A stretch of 64,000 bases of DNA from Eledone cirrhosa (lineage: Eukaryota), in contig OZ024743.1 of the NCBI GenBank assembly GCA_964016885.1, positions 94,364,001 to 94,428,000 of the forward strand, read 5' to 3'. Below the pieces are notes generated by a model. The model worked only from the letters and a program-made list of their open reading frames with translations. It searched no databases and was not told the DNA's origin. Position 1 is the first letter of the stretch. Every line of letters starts with the position of its first letter. Of this stretch, positions 47,031-60,851 are shown in pieces. The translations under genes were made by a program, and so were the position numbers.

Positions 47031-50000
47031 TTAAAATCTATAATGACAGTATCCAGGAATACATCTTTTTGTAATGGGGTCAAACCTTTTACCATAGCCA
47101 CAGGAAGCGACAATATATCTGCCATATGCACATATAGCATAATGAGAACATATTTGTAAGCAAGGCTGTTTGTCCATCGATTTACAATCACATCCTTTAG
47201 CAATGGCACAATATTTGTTGATGTAACATTCTGTAATAGAGAAAAAACAAAGGTTAGGTGGAATATATATGTGAAATATATATAGAGAATTTATAATAAT
47301 TTATAGAGCAAATGTTTGGCATCTGTAGGGTCAAATGAGATTATCAGTTTGAGTGGAACTGAATAGCCCTACACACAATATGTGACTAGATGTCGGATAC
47401 AACATGGAGATAGCAATTGCTTTGGTAGTCAGGGTTACTTAGATTAGGTTCAATAATGGTTTCTGATATAGGCACAAATCCAGCAATTTTGGGGGAGGGG
47501 AAAGTCGATTAAATCGACCCCAGTGCGTGACTGGTACTTTATTTTATCGACCCCGTAAGGATGAAAGGCAAACTTAGCCTCGGTGGGATTTGAACTCAGA
47601 CCATAAAGGGCCGTAACTTTTGCTGCAAAACATGGCGTCCGACCCTCTACCGATACTGCCAATCCACCACCATGAACAAACATAATAATTATTTCTACTT
47701 TTGGCACAAGGCCAGCAATTATCCCAGTGCATTACTGGTACTTTATTTTATCGACCCCGTAAGGATGAAAGGCAAAGTGAACCTCGGCGGGATTTGAACT
47801 CAGACCGTAAAGGGACGTTCTGAGAACAAACATAATAATTGTTTCTACTTTAGGCACAAGGGCAGCAAATACCCAGTGCATTACTGGTACTTTATTTTAG
47901 AACAAACATAATAATGAAGTCTATTAATACTTACTTTTAGGTGTTGGTTTTGTTGTCTGTGGCCAATACACACGTGTTGTTGTTGTAGGTGTTGTCCACC
48001 TTGTTGTAGTAGTAGTAGTTGTTGTTGTTGTTGTCGGTACTGGTGTTGTTGTTGTTGTTGTCGGTACTGGTGTTGTTGTTGTGGTTGTTGTTGTTGTTCG
48101 AACTGGTGTGGTCGTTGTTGTAGTCACATTACTGCTGGTAAATGGCCACCGGCTGTCATCACAGTGGAAAACAATTGGAATATTCTGGTGCTTCAGTTTC
48201 GGTCGAATCTGGTTGTTATAATCCCAGACCTTCATGTAAATATCTGCGAGGGTTTTACCGTAGAAGGCAGTATCGTTACGAGTTATGTTCAAAAGTCCTA
48301 TACATTCTGTGTATCTTGGTGGGTTGGAACCTGGAACTAAGCAAGATGGCCGGCATATTCTTCCACATTGTTCCGTAACTGTTAGAAATACGAGAGCAGC
48401 TCCTTTTTCGGGGTCTCTGATACCGATATAAGCTAGATCTGATGATACAGCTAATCTACGGTCCACTACCACCATTTCTTCATAATTTCCAAAATAATTG
48501 ATGCCACTAGCTTGAACATTCACTCTTCCTGCTGGTCCACAACACTTACTCGTCCGACAAGTAGAATTACTGGACGAGGAATTTTGGGATAGACTGTTGT
48601 CGTATATATCATTCAATAAGTTTGGTTGACCATTTACGATTGGGAAATTTCCAAATCTCATCGTCTCGTAAGGTCGTTCGTAAATTATTTCGATCGGAAT
48701 AAATGCCCATTCTTTTAAATCACACACACGGTTGATACAAAACATATTTTGATAGGGAATGAGAGTATTACAACGAGTTGTTGATTTAGATTTTGTTACA
48801 CATCTACCATTTTCGCATGTTAAGTATCGAGGATTACAAAGATTTGGATTGTAAGTACAATTTCCAAGTAAGTAATCATAATCATATCTGTAAATACCAG
48901 TGTAACTTTGAGTTACTTTTAATGCTTCTGCGACTGTTAAATTCATAATGCCAATACTTTGGTTGGGAGCATAAATATCTAAACCAAAATTCGAAGGATA
49001 ATCTGTTGCAGGATCGATGTTGTTTTTCCTTTGGTTTTCATTGAAACGTGTGTGAACAAGTTCTACATAACTGTGAAGTAGAAAGAAGAAAGGATCCATG
49101 GGTGCAGCTGGAATCATAGCCATAAGTCCTCCAACAGAAACGTGCATAGAATTATGCATAAATTCAAAGTTATAGCGTTCGAGTGCGTTTGGTTCTGATA
49201 TTTCTTCGAGTTTCGTTCGAGTGAGAACATCTTCGATATTACGATGTGTTGGCAAAGTTGTACTGAAACCTCCATTCCTTACTAGATGACCAGATGGTGT
49301 GGTCCAATTAGCAAACGGTCCACGATTCACAAATCCATTGACTGTTCCCATGAACGTGTCCGACCAGATAATTGAATCTCGAGGATTAGAAAGAGAAGCA
49401 TCAAGAGTTGGATCCCAAAATGGAATTGTTACAGTTGGTACTTTTGTACGAAGAGCATCTTCCATCCTGAAATTTAAAAATAAAAACCACATTAACATAT
49501 TTCTAATGACATATTTAATGAATGAAATATTACGAGGGATTTATTTAAATTATCAATTATTTTAATTATTAAGATCGTATTCGTTTCAAAACTTATCTAA
49601 CGGGCTTAAATAAAATGTTTATAAAATTCTCCGAATTGAGAGATCACAGCTCCGATACTATAGGCATGTGGTTAGAATGTCTCATGAAAGAATCGCTGGA
49701 CAGATTTTACGGCTAAAACCAACCGACAGGAGGCCCAGGAGTAGACCCGAGCAAGAAAAACCCATGAGCTTGGCTGGTCTCGCTTCAGGATCCAACCCTC
49801 TCAAGAAGAAGAAGAAGAAGAAGAAGAAGAAGAAGAAGAAGAAGAAGAAGAAGAAGAAGAAGAAGAAGAAGAAATATGAGGTGTAAATCAATATTCAATT
49901 TCATTGCTTACATTTTCACATATATTCTGTGCCAGGTGAGGAATACAGGACCATTGTGAGCATTTCTGGCAGTCGCACCTGTATGGAGGAAGGCGATAGC

Positions 50001-51365
50001 ATCGTAAACATTTGGTTCCATGCTCTGTAAGATAAAAGAAGAGATAAGAAACATTAAAACACAACATGGAGGGAGGCAATAACATTGTAAACATTTGATG
50101 ACATCATCTGTAAGATAAAATAAGTAACGTAAACATTAAAATCATTACAACACAAGATTTATTTTAAATTATTTGAGATGTTTTGGTTTTGATGTTTCTA
50201 AGGAAAGGGAGTCGAACATTTTAGATAAAAAACGTAAGCCTTACTTTTCATATTAAGTATTTCTGAAGTATTTTGTAAGTTGAGAGAAAGAAAGTCAGAA
50301 CGAAAGCTATAGGAAATTAACAGCCCTAGTACTGAACTCGTACTTTATTTATCGACCTCAGTAGGATGTAAGACACAGTTGACTTATTTTATATTAGAAA
50401 TATAAGCGCCAGAGAACCTAAGCGAATATCGACATCTGAACGACTTTGTCAATTCGGCATATTGTGTTAAAACAAAATTAAAATAAAAAACCCTTCTTAC
50501 TTTCTTTTATTTTTCAGATGAATTCTACGGTGAAAGATTGCGCTGCATGGCGAACTCTCCACTTTCCACTGAAACTGAGGGATCCGCAGAAAACGTACGA
50601 GGGTTCTCTAAAGAAATCTCTTTAAGCATGTCATATTGATCACCACCAGAGGTGTGATATGTCCTCTGATCAGGTGATCTGGTGACATACCATCTGTCAA
50701 TTTCCTCCTTCGAGAATGAATGGAGGACTGTTGATGAAGACAAAAGTCCGGGGAAGAAATGTAGTATGGTAACACTGAAACCAGAACAAAATTAGACATA
50801 CTCTTGCTTTAGTCGTGTTTGCCTATCTTACGTTTTTCTCGTCAGTTACCAGCGAGCCTACGATAGATGTGGACAGCCCCTTTCATAAATCTTCGTTAAC
50901 GAAGTAAAGTCATGATACTAGTTTAGTAAAATATCAAAGTCTGTCAGTACTCTGAACTTCTCTCAATAATATTCATATAAAAAAATAGAACCTTACCGTA
51001 TCTTGTTTTAGAAGATGAATACTACGGTGGAAATCATATCTTTCTTGTTCACTGAGTTGTCTATATTCCTTCCTTACTCGGAGCATTTTCAAATGATTTG
51101 GTTGTGATGTTTTTAGTTCATCGGTTGGTAGATTATAATTTAGATAGTTTGTTGTCCAATTAGGACATATTTTCGCCATTTGGAGCTGACCAACGCAATA
51201 ATTCCATATATTGGCCTTCTTTTCAATTGGTGGATTTGTCGATTTGCATACATTCTCAAAACAGTTTGGAACATAGCTACCTATTTCTGGAACATAATAC
51301 TGTATATCTGACTTCACGTAAACAAAAGCCAGCAATATGATGAATGCTAGGTACAGACGATTCAT
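47031..51365 (-). CDS. Tyrosinase-like gene 3, recent duplicate of gene 2, ~737 aa
   Basis: Coding exons 51365-50997, 50024-49912, 49466-47935, 47230-47031 (369+113+1532+200=2214 nt). Differences from gene 2: YEYNY to YDYDY, a 9-aa stalk expansion, and AKRFDPTTRR to GKRFDPITKR. Confidence 0.92.
47455..47915 (-). mobile_element. Tandem SINE cluster in the last intron of gene 3
   Basis: Counterpart of 19180-19640. Confidence 0.85.
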
Positions 51366-52134
51366 TGCTGAAAATAAAATAAAATTGATACATACAAATT
51401 TGAAAATATAATTTGAAAATAAAAGAAAATATAGACATACACATTTGAGCCCTCTATTTATACTTATACACTTTATAAACTGCACTTATATTTGACAATC
51501 CACACACGTGCTTCTTTTTATGGCTTACATAAGGAATACGGATAGCAGACACGAACCCTTTCAGGGTCTCTGAGCAATGGAAGAATTGGAGCCCCAGCAT
51601 GATACTTGTGTCTACTACTTGTAACAAGGTTGAGTCCGTTTAAGGAATCGAAAGTGTTTGTATTAAGATTGCTAGATTTCTTCAATGGTGATTCAATGTG
51701 GCAATTATTATATTTTCGTTTGCTGTTACTATTACAATTTTCTGGAGACTTTTGAGGTGGTGTTTATGAAGAAACTATCGGAGTTATTTGAATTATCTCT
51801 ACAATCCTCACGAAATTATTTCAAAATAATTAGCCATTTTGTCTCTCTTGTGGGGTCGTTTACAATTGCTAACGTCTCTCTTGGGAATTCAGTCAGTTCT
51901 GTAAAGAGCGTTGTTTAAAAGATTGGACCTATTGTAGTATATTACTGGTATATATTTAAACAAGCGTAATGTAAGTTAAATCAAAGGTAACCAGAAACAT
52001 CTATGAATTGATTTAAATATCAATAACTTCATAATGTCTTGACAGTAGAAAGACATGGAGATGGTGTTGTATAAATTAGAACTTCAGTTATAATATTGCT
52101 GTATGAACTTGTCATATTACAGTAAGACTCTTAC

Positions 52135-52213
52135 CTTCAGTTGGTTCTTAACACTTCCAGAACAATGTAGCTTGACAAAGTGATATGAATTCGTAATAAT
52201 TGCAATATATATA
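52135..52213 (-). promoter_or_regulatory. Putative TATA element and non-coding exon 1 of gene 3
   Basis: Matches 23843-23921. Confidence 0.5.
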
Positions 52214-52468
52214 GAGAGAAATAGATCCTATGAGATATTAATTAATTCAATAGCTATTGTTCTAATTAGTAATTAACTAGCGTTCACATATTCACATATA
52301 TTTTTTGCTATTTGGCATACCTTTCCCACCCTAACAGTTGTTCACATTGTACTTTGTTTAGTCACCATTTCATTCGCTATAACACGTGCAGTGAACTGTC
52401 AGTTTCATAAATTACTTACATTGTGATGCATATTTGCTGCATGATGTTAAACAGGTTATTCAAGTTGG

Positions 52469-54118
52469 AACGGGAAGATGGTCATGCCATCTGGCCTTTT
52501 GTCGTCCCCTCGGTCCAGCCCCACCGGCTCGAGCTGGCAAGGGAAGCCTGCAGCGTACAAGCTATGCTTTATGACCTCGTTGAGGGCAGCATGGCGTGGA
52601 AGGCAGCCGGCACTGTGGCGACAGGAAAGCGGGTGGAGGCCGAAAGAGTCCACGGTGGATCCGCAGCGACATTGGTGTGGCTCGCAGATCCGGAGGCCGA
52701 GCCTCAAGGAAACGCCGATGCGCAGGCTATGGTTGTCTAGCTGCGTGCTAGTAGAGAAGGATGGTAGGGCATGGAGCCAGGCACCACTGTAGTGTTTGGA
52801 GGCCGCACGAAAACAGACAAGGCGGTGGTGGTGGTCGAGTTGGCGCGTGAGGCTGTCTGAGGCCAGGCTGCACTGGATGGCATCCCAAGTGCTTGGGGGG
52901 GGGGGGGACTTGACGTCAACTGGGGGAGAAGGAGGAGGGAGTCTCCTGGGCTAAGTCCTAGCCGGTCCCAGGTCTCACAGGCGGCATCACGTTCTCTGAA
53001 CACAGAGGGTTCTATTGTGTTTAGAAGAACCCTGCTGACGAGGACGCGGAACGAGGTTACCGACGAAAGATACGCCGGCAAAGCCAGTGAGATCGAGGAC
53101 CGGAGGCCAAGGCTGCCATACCTGACAGGTAAAGTAGCCTGTTGCCATCCAATGACGTTGCATATCTCCTCGGCTGCTTCTCGGATACAAGTATCGAGGT
53201 CAGCGAGGAGAGATGTGTGGGTGTAGCACGGAGCGCTGCGAAGAGTATAGAGGAGTTTCGGCATGGCGAAGCAGTTCCTGAACAGAAAGAGGGCTGGGTG
53301 GCCGTCGATCAAGCTCAGTCGGCTCGTGAGAGTCTGGAGTTGTTGAAGCCTGGACCTGATGTTGGAACGGATGGACGGCGGGTTGATCGGTGACTCGAGG
53401 ATGAGGACATCCTCTTTGGGGGTCACCTGTACCTGGTGGAGAATGGATCGCACGTCCGAGACGGAGGCTGCAAAGCTCTCAGCATTGTGGCTGACATTCA
53501 CCACCTCCGACTTGGACGAGTTGACCTGGAGGCCGATTCCCGCCAGGGAAGGAACCACCGATTGTAGGTCATGGCAGACAGTCTCTGCGGGCCCGCCCAA
53601 CGTAGCATCATCCAGATACCAAACATTGAGAGAGGCCATGATACTCCGACCGATGCGGTCTATACCAAGGGCAAACAGGCGGGGTCCCAAAGGGTCGCCC
53701 TGTTGGACCCTAGTGGCAGAAGGTATGACCGTATCAGCAGCAAGGAGCATGCTCGGGGCTCCATACGACAGGTAAGCCATCAGATAGGCAGAGGGGGCTC
53801 GGCTGAGGCAGGCATCGAGGAGATGGTCTCAGCATAAGCAGTTGAAGGCATTCCTCATGTCAAGCTTGACAAGGCGGTGCCCGGAGTGCCTGGATGCCGG
53901 TTCCGGTGGGCAGCTGTTAAAGAACTGCCTGGTTGCATGTGTGGCCTCCTCACAGCCACCGGACACGCCGACACCCAGTTGCACCGTACTGAACTCCTCA
54001 CCCAATTCGGGTGTTATGGAACTGCAGACCACCTTGGCAGCCAGCCTCCGGAAGACATTGCCCACGGCAATGGGGCGTATGCCACCCTCTTTCTTCCTGA
54101 GAGCGGTGATGCTCACAT
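52469..54118 (-). mobile_element. CRE-like element, copy B, 3' end deleted
   Basis: Same motifs as 24315-26425; stops after RPDGMTIFPF. Confidence 0.88.
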
Positions 54119-54271
54119 GTTAAAACATCGCCAATGTTAAAATGCAATCGTTGACTACTGTGATGATTTATCCACCATTTTCACTACCGCATTGATTACA
54201 CACACACACATGCGTACACACACATACGTACACACACATGCGTACACACACAAGCGCACACTAGCACGCGC

Positions 54272-54306
<35 letters not shown>

Positions 54307-54347
54307 ACCCCTCCCATATATATATATATATATATATATTAATATTA

Positions 54348-56468
54348 AAATCTGATTCTCACAAGACGCAAACACCTGAGAGACCTGCTCCCGGCTCGGA
54401 TTTTCTGAGCGCTGACTGTGACTCAGATCACCCTCTGGCTTGCTGCAATCTCTGTTGAAGCACAGAGACCAACCCACCAGAGCAACGCTGCAAACATTGA
54501 GATCAGCTAGGAACAACACACAAATGACTACTGGTTACAGGAATGTGAAGGCATTCAGCTGTCATTTGACACAGGTAACATTCGGTGAATGTATGAGAGC
54601 ATCAAGAAAGCCCAACCCAGAGCAAGAAAGCTTCACTCAAATCCAGAAGAGGTGATGTCATCAATGGCAAAAGAGAGTAGTTGGAGAGATGGGTGGAACA
54701 TTACTCCGAACTCAGTGGCATGGAAAACAGCATCTCGGACAACGATGCGAGACACCGTGGAACAACTACCCACCGTGGTGGAGCTAGATGCATTTCTGAC
54801 TGATGAATAACTGTGTTGAGCCATCGATGGCTTGCCTGCTGGGAAGGCACAGGGATCGAACAGCATTCCCCCAGAGGTCACCGGGTGTGCAAAAAGAGTG
54901 CTACTTAACCATCTGCTGAAACTAATGTTTCAATGTTGGGAGGAGGTAACAGTCATGAGAGACCACAACATTGTCACCCTCAATAAGAACAAAGGGGACA
55001 GAAGCGACTGCAATTGCAGCCGAGGCATCTCGCTACTAAGCATCATGATCCTGTACAGATTACAGAAAATCGCTGAGAAGGTACACCCCGAATCTCAGTG
55101 TGGTTTCAGGTCAGAATGCTCTACCATCGACATTATCATCTCCCTTAACATCTACAGAAGTGCCGAGAGCAAAGGGAACCACCATACATCACCTTCGACC
55201 TAATTAGTAGGTTTTCCTCTAAGACCCCTTAGGATAGTCCAGTCGTTTCGTGCAGATATGAAAGGTGTCGTTCAATTTGATGGCTCTTCTTCAGAGGCAT
55301 TTAAAAAATGCGGCGGTGTGAAGCAGGGCTGTGTGCTATCCCCCACCCTCTTTGGCATATTCTTTGCATCATGTTAAAACATGTATTTGGAATGTCAACT
55401 GAAAATGTCTACCTCCATACCAGATAGAGGGGAAGTTGTTTCGTCTGTCAAGGCTGAAAGTGAAATCCAAAGTTCGTCAGGTACTCATCAGAGAAATACT
55501 GTTTGTGGATGACACAGCATTAGCAGCGCACTCTGAGAAGCAAATGCAGCACCCCATGAACAAATTCTCGAGGGCCTGCCAGGAATTCAACCTGATCATT
55601 AGTCTAAAGAAAACCAATGTACTGGGCTAAAGTGTCAAGCACCCCCTTACCATCAACAACTGTGAGCTGGAGGTGGTCTACGAATACATCGACCTTGGAT
55701 CCACCATCACTGACAGCCTCTCTCTGGACCCCGAGATTAGTAGGAGAGTTCGACGAGCAACCTCCACATTTGCCAGGCTGGTGAAATGAGTCTGGGAGAA
55801 CAGAAAACTAACCAGAATTGCTGTCTACAAAACGTGTCCTCAGGACGTGACTTTACGGCAGCGAGACATGGAGCCTCTACTCCAGACAGGAGAGGCGTCT
55901 CAGTGTCTTCCTGCTTCGTAGCCTGAGACGCATTCTAGATATCAAGTGGACCGACCGGGTCACCAACATTGAAGTCATCAACCGCGCCAACATACACAGT
56001 ATATACACGCTTCTCAAACGGCGCCGTCTGCGCTGGCTCGGTCACGTACATCGTGTGCTGGACGGGAGGTTACCAAAAGACCTATTATATGGGGAATTGG
56101 CCACAAGAGCACGAAGTGATGTCATCCCCATTTCAAAGACGTCTCTAGGAGGGATATGTATCAATTGATCTGGGCATTCAGAGATGGGAGGAAGTCGCTA
56201 ATGATCGCCCACAATGGAGTCGAGTACAGTGCAAAGGGATGGGCTAAGGAAAGAGAAACTGAAATTTGCCTCCGAAGAAAAGCGTGCTCGAAAAATGAAC
56301 AACACAGTAGCACTGGATGAGAGCATCTACAAATGCATGCACTGTATACAGGACTGCCACTACTGTGTGGGCCTGTACAGCTACAGCAGACACTGCACAT
56401 CCATCAGCAGCTGACACAAATGTCTCCAGGCGCAGATACATGCTGTTTTGAGACCGATGCAAATGGCA
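54348..56468 (+). mobile_element. RTE-BovB-like LINE, copy B
   Basis: Near-identical to 26745-28865. Confidence 0.88.
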
Positions 56469-57169
56469 GTATATATATACCGTCGAAGACGCTACTTTTT
56501 TTCTAAAATAAGTCTCAAAATACCATGAGTCCTGGAGGCCCAAGGTTATTTATTATTTAATTCTTTTTTTTTTTTATTATATACTAAACCATCCGTGACC
56601 CATTAGGTCATGTTCACTTCAAAATATAAAAAAAAAATCATGTTCACTTAAAAATAATTTTTAAATAATTAAAATATACACATTCATGTATACATCGCTA
56701 TTTCAGAGCACCAATACTAATATATAATTGTTGCTGCATCGGCAATCGTTGTGTTTAATCATCTCCTAAATATTACTGGAATTCTATAAGAATCCAGCTG
56801 CTATAATTTTCGGCAAAGGTAGGGGAGTGTGTAGACTTGATAAACACCAACCAGCGAGAAACAGACTGTCGATCAATCTCCCTTCATTTTTGCCGAAAAT
56901 AAGCAAGTGATATAGCCACTACTTTAAAACTGACAGTGAATAGTCTTCTAAATGTTTTTAATTAACATACAGTATATTGCCAAATATACTATACATACAT
57001 TCATATATACATCGCTATTTCACAGCACCTATATATATATATATGTAGGAGGTGAGTTTTATTGTAGTACAATAAAGCAATGCAGATATCGGATAAGAAG
57101 CACTCTACAGTTTGTGGGACTGGAGTATGCATAATATAAGATCAAAAGATGGTTAAAGGAGTTCCATAT

Positions 57170-57238
57170 ATTTTATTATGCGCATTTCAAAAACAAACAT
57201 CATCAAACAATAATATTTGTGTTTTCATCAGATAAAAC
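57170..57238 (-). ncRNA. Type-I hammerhead ribozyme in the Penelope terminal repeat
   Basis: gttttat-CTGATGA-[long GU-containing stem II]-GAAA-tgcgca-TA-ataaaat. Confidence 0.8.
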
Positions 57239-58448
57239 AGGAGAACATGATATGAAGGCTAAAAAACACTTGTTGATAGTGCAGTTTTAAATCAACATAT
57301 GAAAAGTGGTTTTAGATTGATGTGTGATATTGGGAAAAATATTTTATTTAGAGAGGGGGGGGGGGGAAAGGATGAAAAGGGAAGGAGATGAGAGGGAGAG
57401 ATGGGTGATAGAGAGAAAGAGATAGTTTTTATAACTGAGAGGAGATATATTTTATATAGAGGGGTTGAAAACCGTTGGAAGATACTGTATAAATTAAAAA
57501 TTTTGAAAATTAACGAAGGGAGGATATGTGCGAGGAAAAAATATTTTATTTAGGGAGGGGGGGGTGGAAAGGATGAAAAAAAGGGGGAGGAGATGAGAGT
57601 GAAGGTGGAAAGGGAGAGATGGGTGATAGAGAGAAAGAGATAGTTTTTATAACTGAGAAAAAGATATAATGTTTTAATATAGAGAGGTTGGGAACCGTTG
57701 GAAGATAATGTATAAATTAAAGGAATTTGAAAATTAACGAAGGGAAATTATGTATGAAGATAGAGAGAAAAAATAATAATTGTGGGTGAATATTCTAACG
57801 TCAAAAGAAGAAATGTATGTATAGTGGCAATTTCAAAATTAGCAAAGAGAAAAATGTTAAGGTTTATGTGTAGAAGGATTTGAGAAAAATAATGTGAAGT
57901 TAAAGTTTGTATATTGAATTCATATGTATTAATAATGAGTTCGTTGATGGGGAGAAAAAAATAATAATAAATTAAGGATGAAATTGAGATTAAAAAGATT
58001 TATGATAGAGAGAAAAAATAATAATGATTGCGGATGAATATTCAAAATGTCAAAAACAAATGTTATTGTTTTACGAGAAGATAGAATGAGGGTAATGAGT
58101 AAACGAGTATTATAGAGTGTATAATGCCCTTTAAAGAAAGGTAGATGGGTATATTTTAAAGAATATATGGGTATATATTAAAAAAAAAAAAATAATAATA
58201 AATTAAGGATGAAATTGAGATTAAAAAGATTTATGATAGAGAGAAAAAATAATAATGATTGCGGATGAATATTCAAAATGTCAATAACAAATGTTATTGT
58301 TTTACGAGAAGATAGAATGAGGGTAATGAGTAAACGAGTATTATAGAGTGTATAATGCCCTTTAAAGTAAGGTAGATGGGTATATTTTAAAGAGGTGTAT
58401 GTATATGTGCCTTTGAGAAAAGATTCTAAATTGATAAAGAATTGAATA

Positions 58449-60851
58449 TTAACTGTATACTTTGTGAAAAGTTCGATGGAATTTATGCAGGCAGATAGAA
58501 AACAAATCTGAGCGTCTATTTATTATGGATTCTAGGTTAGAGATAATGGTAAATTTTTCATTTAGGCAGAGATTACAGTTTTTAGATAGAGAGCTGTTCA
58601 AGTATGAGGATGCAGAAGAAATCTTTTTCCAAAAGATGTTATATTTAATGTTTTTGTCTTTTAAGGACCATATGAGTTCTGAGAGAGCAGTGTTAGTTCT
58701 TTTAAGTTTGTATTTGAAAGATGAATGATGATTATAGAGACGAGCTTTAAAAGAGGTGGAAGTGGAGCCAAAATAGGTGAAGGAATTGGTGCTAGTTATA
58801 ATTTTACATTCATAAATTAAGTTTTTATCGAGGCAATGGTTGTTGAGAGGACATTTATTTTTAATGCGGCAGTTGCAATTAGAGAGATTATTAATGAGTG
58901 ATCTAGTGTTATCTATAGAAGGAATTGGATTGGAGAAGTTGTTTGCGATAGGAATAATAGGAATAATAGTTTCTTGATTTAGAGTTGGATTATGAACATT
59001 TAGCGAAGTTGTGTTTGACGTTGCATTTGGGTTTACAGAAGTTAGCCTAGGGTTTACAATGACGTCGGGAGTACTATTACTGTTATTATGAAATTCAATA
59101 TTGGAAGGAAGAGATTTAGTATTTAATATTTTGTTGTTGTGTTTAGAGATGATGTTGGAAATATTGGAGGATGTAGAATACGAAAATTTGATGGTGTGTT
59201 TGTTAAATATTTTACTATAGATATGTGAGGGAGGGAAGCATTTATTTAAGGCACTAAAAAATAATTTAGGAATATTGTTATTAATAGAGATGGAGAAAGG
59301 AGCATTATACCAGATTATGTTTTTGTATCTAGGTCTTTTATTAAAATTATTGGAATGGTTATGATTAAATATTCTACTGTAAGTTTTCCTAGAATTTGTT
59401 TCTTTATTATATTTGATTTTATCTGGATAGCCGGCTTTAGAAAGTGCGTTATTATAGTAATTGGCGTTAGCATCAAAGATGTTTTTATTAGAAGATATGT
59501 TAGATATTCTATTTCCAATATTATTAACTATAGCATTCTTGATATTGGTAGGATGGTTAGATTTAAAGTTAACATAATTAAGATTCTCATTGTTTTTATG
59601 GTAAGGGTAATATAGGCCAGTGTCAAGATTAAGAGATACATCCAAGAAATTAGCTAGTTTGATACTATTATCAAATTCAATTTTTAGGTTATGTTGGTTA
59701 AAGAGATTACGTATATTGTTCTTAATAATATTAAGTTTAACTATATTGCAATTTAGGATAGTAAAGAGTCCATCGTCACGATAAATTCCACCGCGAAGTT
59801 GAGGAATTTTCCGACTCAAAGAGTTCAAAATGAAGAATTCAATTAGATCAGTCAATTGGGATGAATCGGATGCTCCCATTGTGATGTCGAAGTTGTTAGA
59901 GGTATCGGCTCTGGTCCAATATTCATTGTTGAACTCTAGGATGGTTTTACGTGCGGTGAGGATGATGTGAAGTTCATCTGTGGTGATGTCAGAATATTTA
60001 AGTGCGAAAGATATAGCATTATTGAGAAGTGAAGGCGAAATGGAGGAATAGTAGCTGGCAATATCGAATTGAATAAATTTTAGTTTGTTTTTATTATCCA
60101 ATTTGTTGAACCAGCCAATCACTTCAGAAGTACCAAACCATAAATTTAGGTTTAAAGAAGAGCAATTAGAACTAACCTGTGGGATAATCCTATCCAAGAT
60201 GGCTTTACTAACAACCCCCAGATCAGATTTAGAGGGGGCGATTAATCTAACAGGTAGTTCAGTGCGAAAATTGTTTTTGTGATCCTTGAGATTTATCCTC
60301 GGAGTTCTTGGGAGGAATGGTTCGGTCTTTTTTTCAATGCCAAGTTTTGACATAATCTCATAGGCTTCAAGGTTTATGCATTCTAAATTTTCATGGTTGG
60401 TTTTACGATACTTTTTCCTAAGTTCCTTTAGGATAAGGTTGTTATAATTATCCTTGGAAATACCATATAGGTTATTGGTTTTGTCAGAGTGGACTAAAAC
60501 ATTTTTTGAGGAATTTAGGTTAGAGATTGTGTTCTTGAGATTTACAAGGTGCTCTTGTCCTTTGTAAGGGTATCTCTTGAATTTAAGATTTTTTATAATT
60601 TTAGTTAATTCTTCCTCGAATTGTGCTAGATTTTTGTTGGAAGGAGGATTTCGTCTAGAATTAAAAAGATGATCGAGGAAGTTGTGTTCTTTGGTATGAA
60701 AGTTCCCTTTTAGGCGCTGGTTATAGAAATAGGCTGTCCATCTAAGTCTTCTTACGAAGGAGTCAGTTTTTTCAATAAGAAGTTTGGTGAATTCAGATTT
60801 ACCAGGTATAGGAATGTCTTTAGTTGAATTGGTTATGTTGTAATAATCCAT
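58449..60851 (-). CDS. Penelope-like reverse transcriptase plus GIY-YIG endonuclease, ~800 aa
   Basis: STKDIPIP..LIEKTDSFVRRLRW N-terminus; SDKT, LKDHK..RLI, FDIASYYSSI, TMGAS, YRDDG, FLDV, YVNFKSNHP; CNCRIKNKCPLNNHC; LIYECKI..YFGST..FKARLYNH; CNLCLNEK..CLH. ATGs at 60878 and 60851; the ORF track uses TTG at 60911. Confidence 0.93.
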   Translation of the reverse strand: MDYYNITNSTKDIPIPGKSEFTKLLIEKTDSFVRRLRWTAYFYNQRLKGNFHTKEHNFLDHLFNSRRNPPSNKNLAQFEEELTKIIKNLKFKRYPYKGQEHLVNLKNTISNLNSSKNVLVHSDKTNNLYGISKDNYNNLILKELRKKYRKTNHENLECINLEAYEIMSKLGIEKKTEPFLPRTPRINLKDHKNNFRTELPVRLIAPSKSDLGVVSKAILDRIIPQVSSNCSSLNLNLWFGTSEVIGWFNKLDNKNKLKFIQFDIASYYSSISPSLLNNAISFALKYSDITTDELHIILTARKTILEFNNEYWTRADTSNNFDITMGASDSSQLTDLIEFFILNSLSRKIPQLRGGIYRDDGLFTILNCNIVKLNIIKNNIRNLFNQHNLKIEFDNSIKLANFLDVSLNLDTGLYYPYHKNNENLNYVNFKSNHPTNIKNAIVNNIGNRISNISSNKNIFDANANYYNNALSKAGYPDKIKYNKETNSRKTYSRIFNHNHSNNFNKRPRYKNIIWYNAPFSISINNNIPKLFFSALNKCFPPSHIYSKIFNKHTIKFSYSTSSNISNIISKHNNKILNTKSLPSNIEFHNNSNSTPDVIVNPRLTSVNPNATSNTTSLNVHNPTLNQETIIPIIPIANNFSNPIPSIDNTRSLINNLSNCNCRIKNKCPLNNHCLDKNLIYECKIITSTNSFTYFGSTSTSFKARLYNHHSSFKYKLKRTNTALSELIWSLKDKNIKYNIFWKKISSASSYLNSSLSKNCNLCLNEKFTIISNLESIINRRSDLFSICLHKFHRTFHKVYS

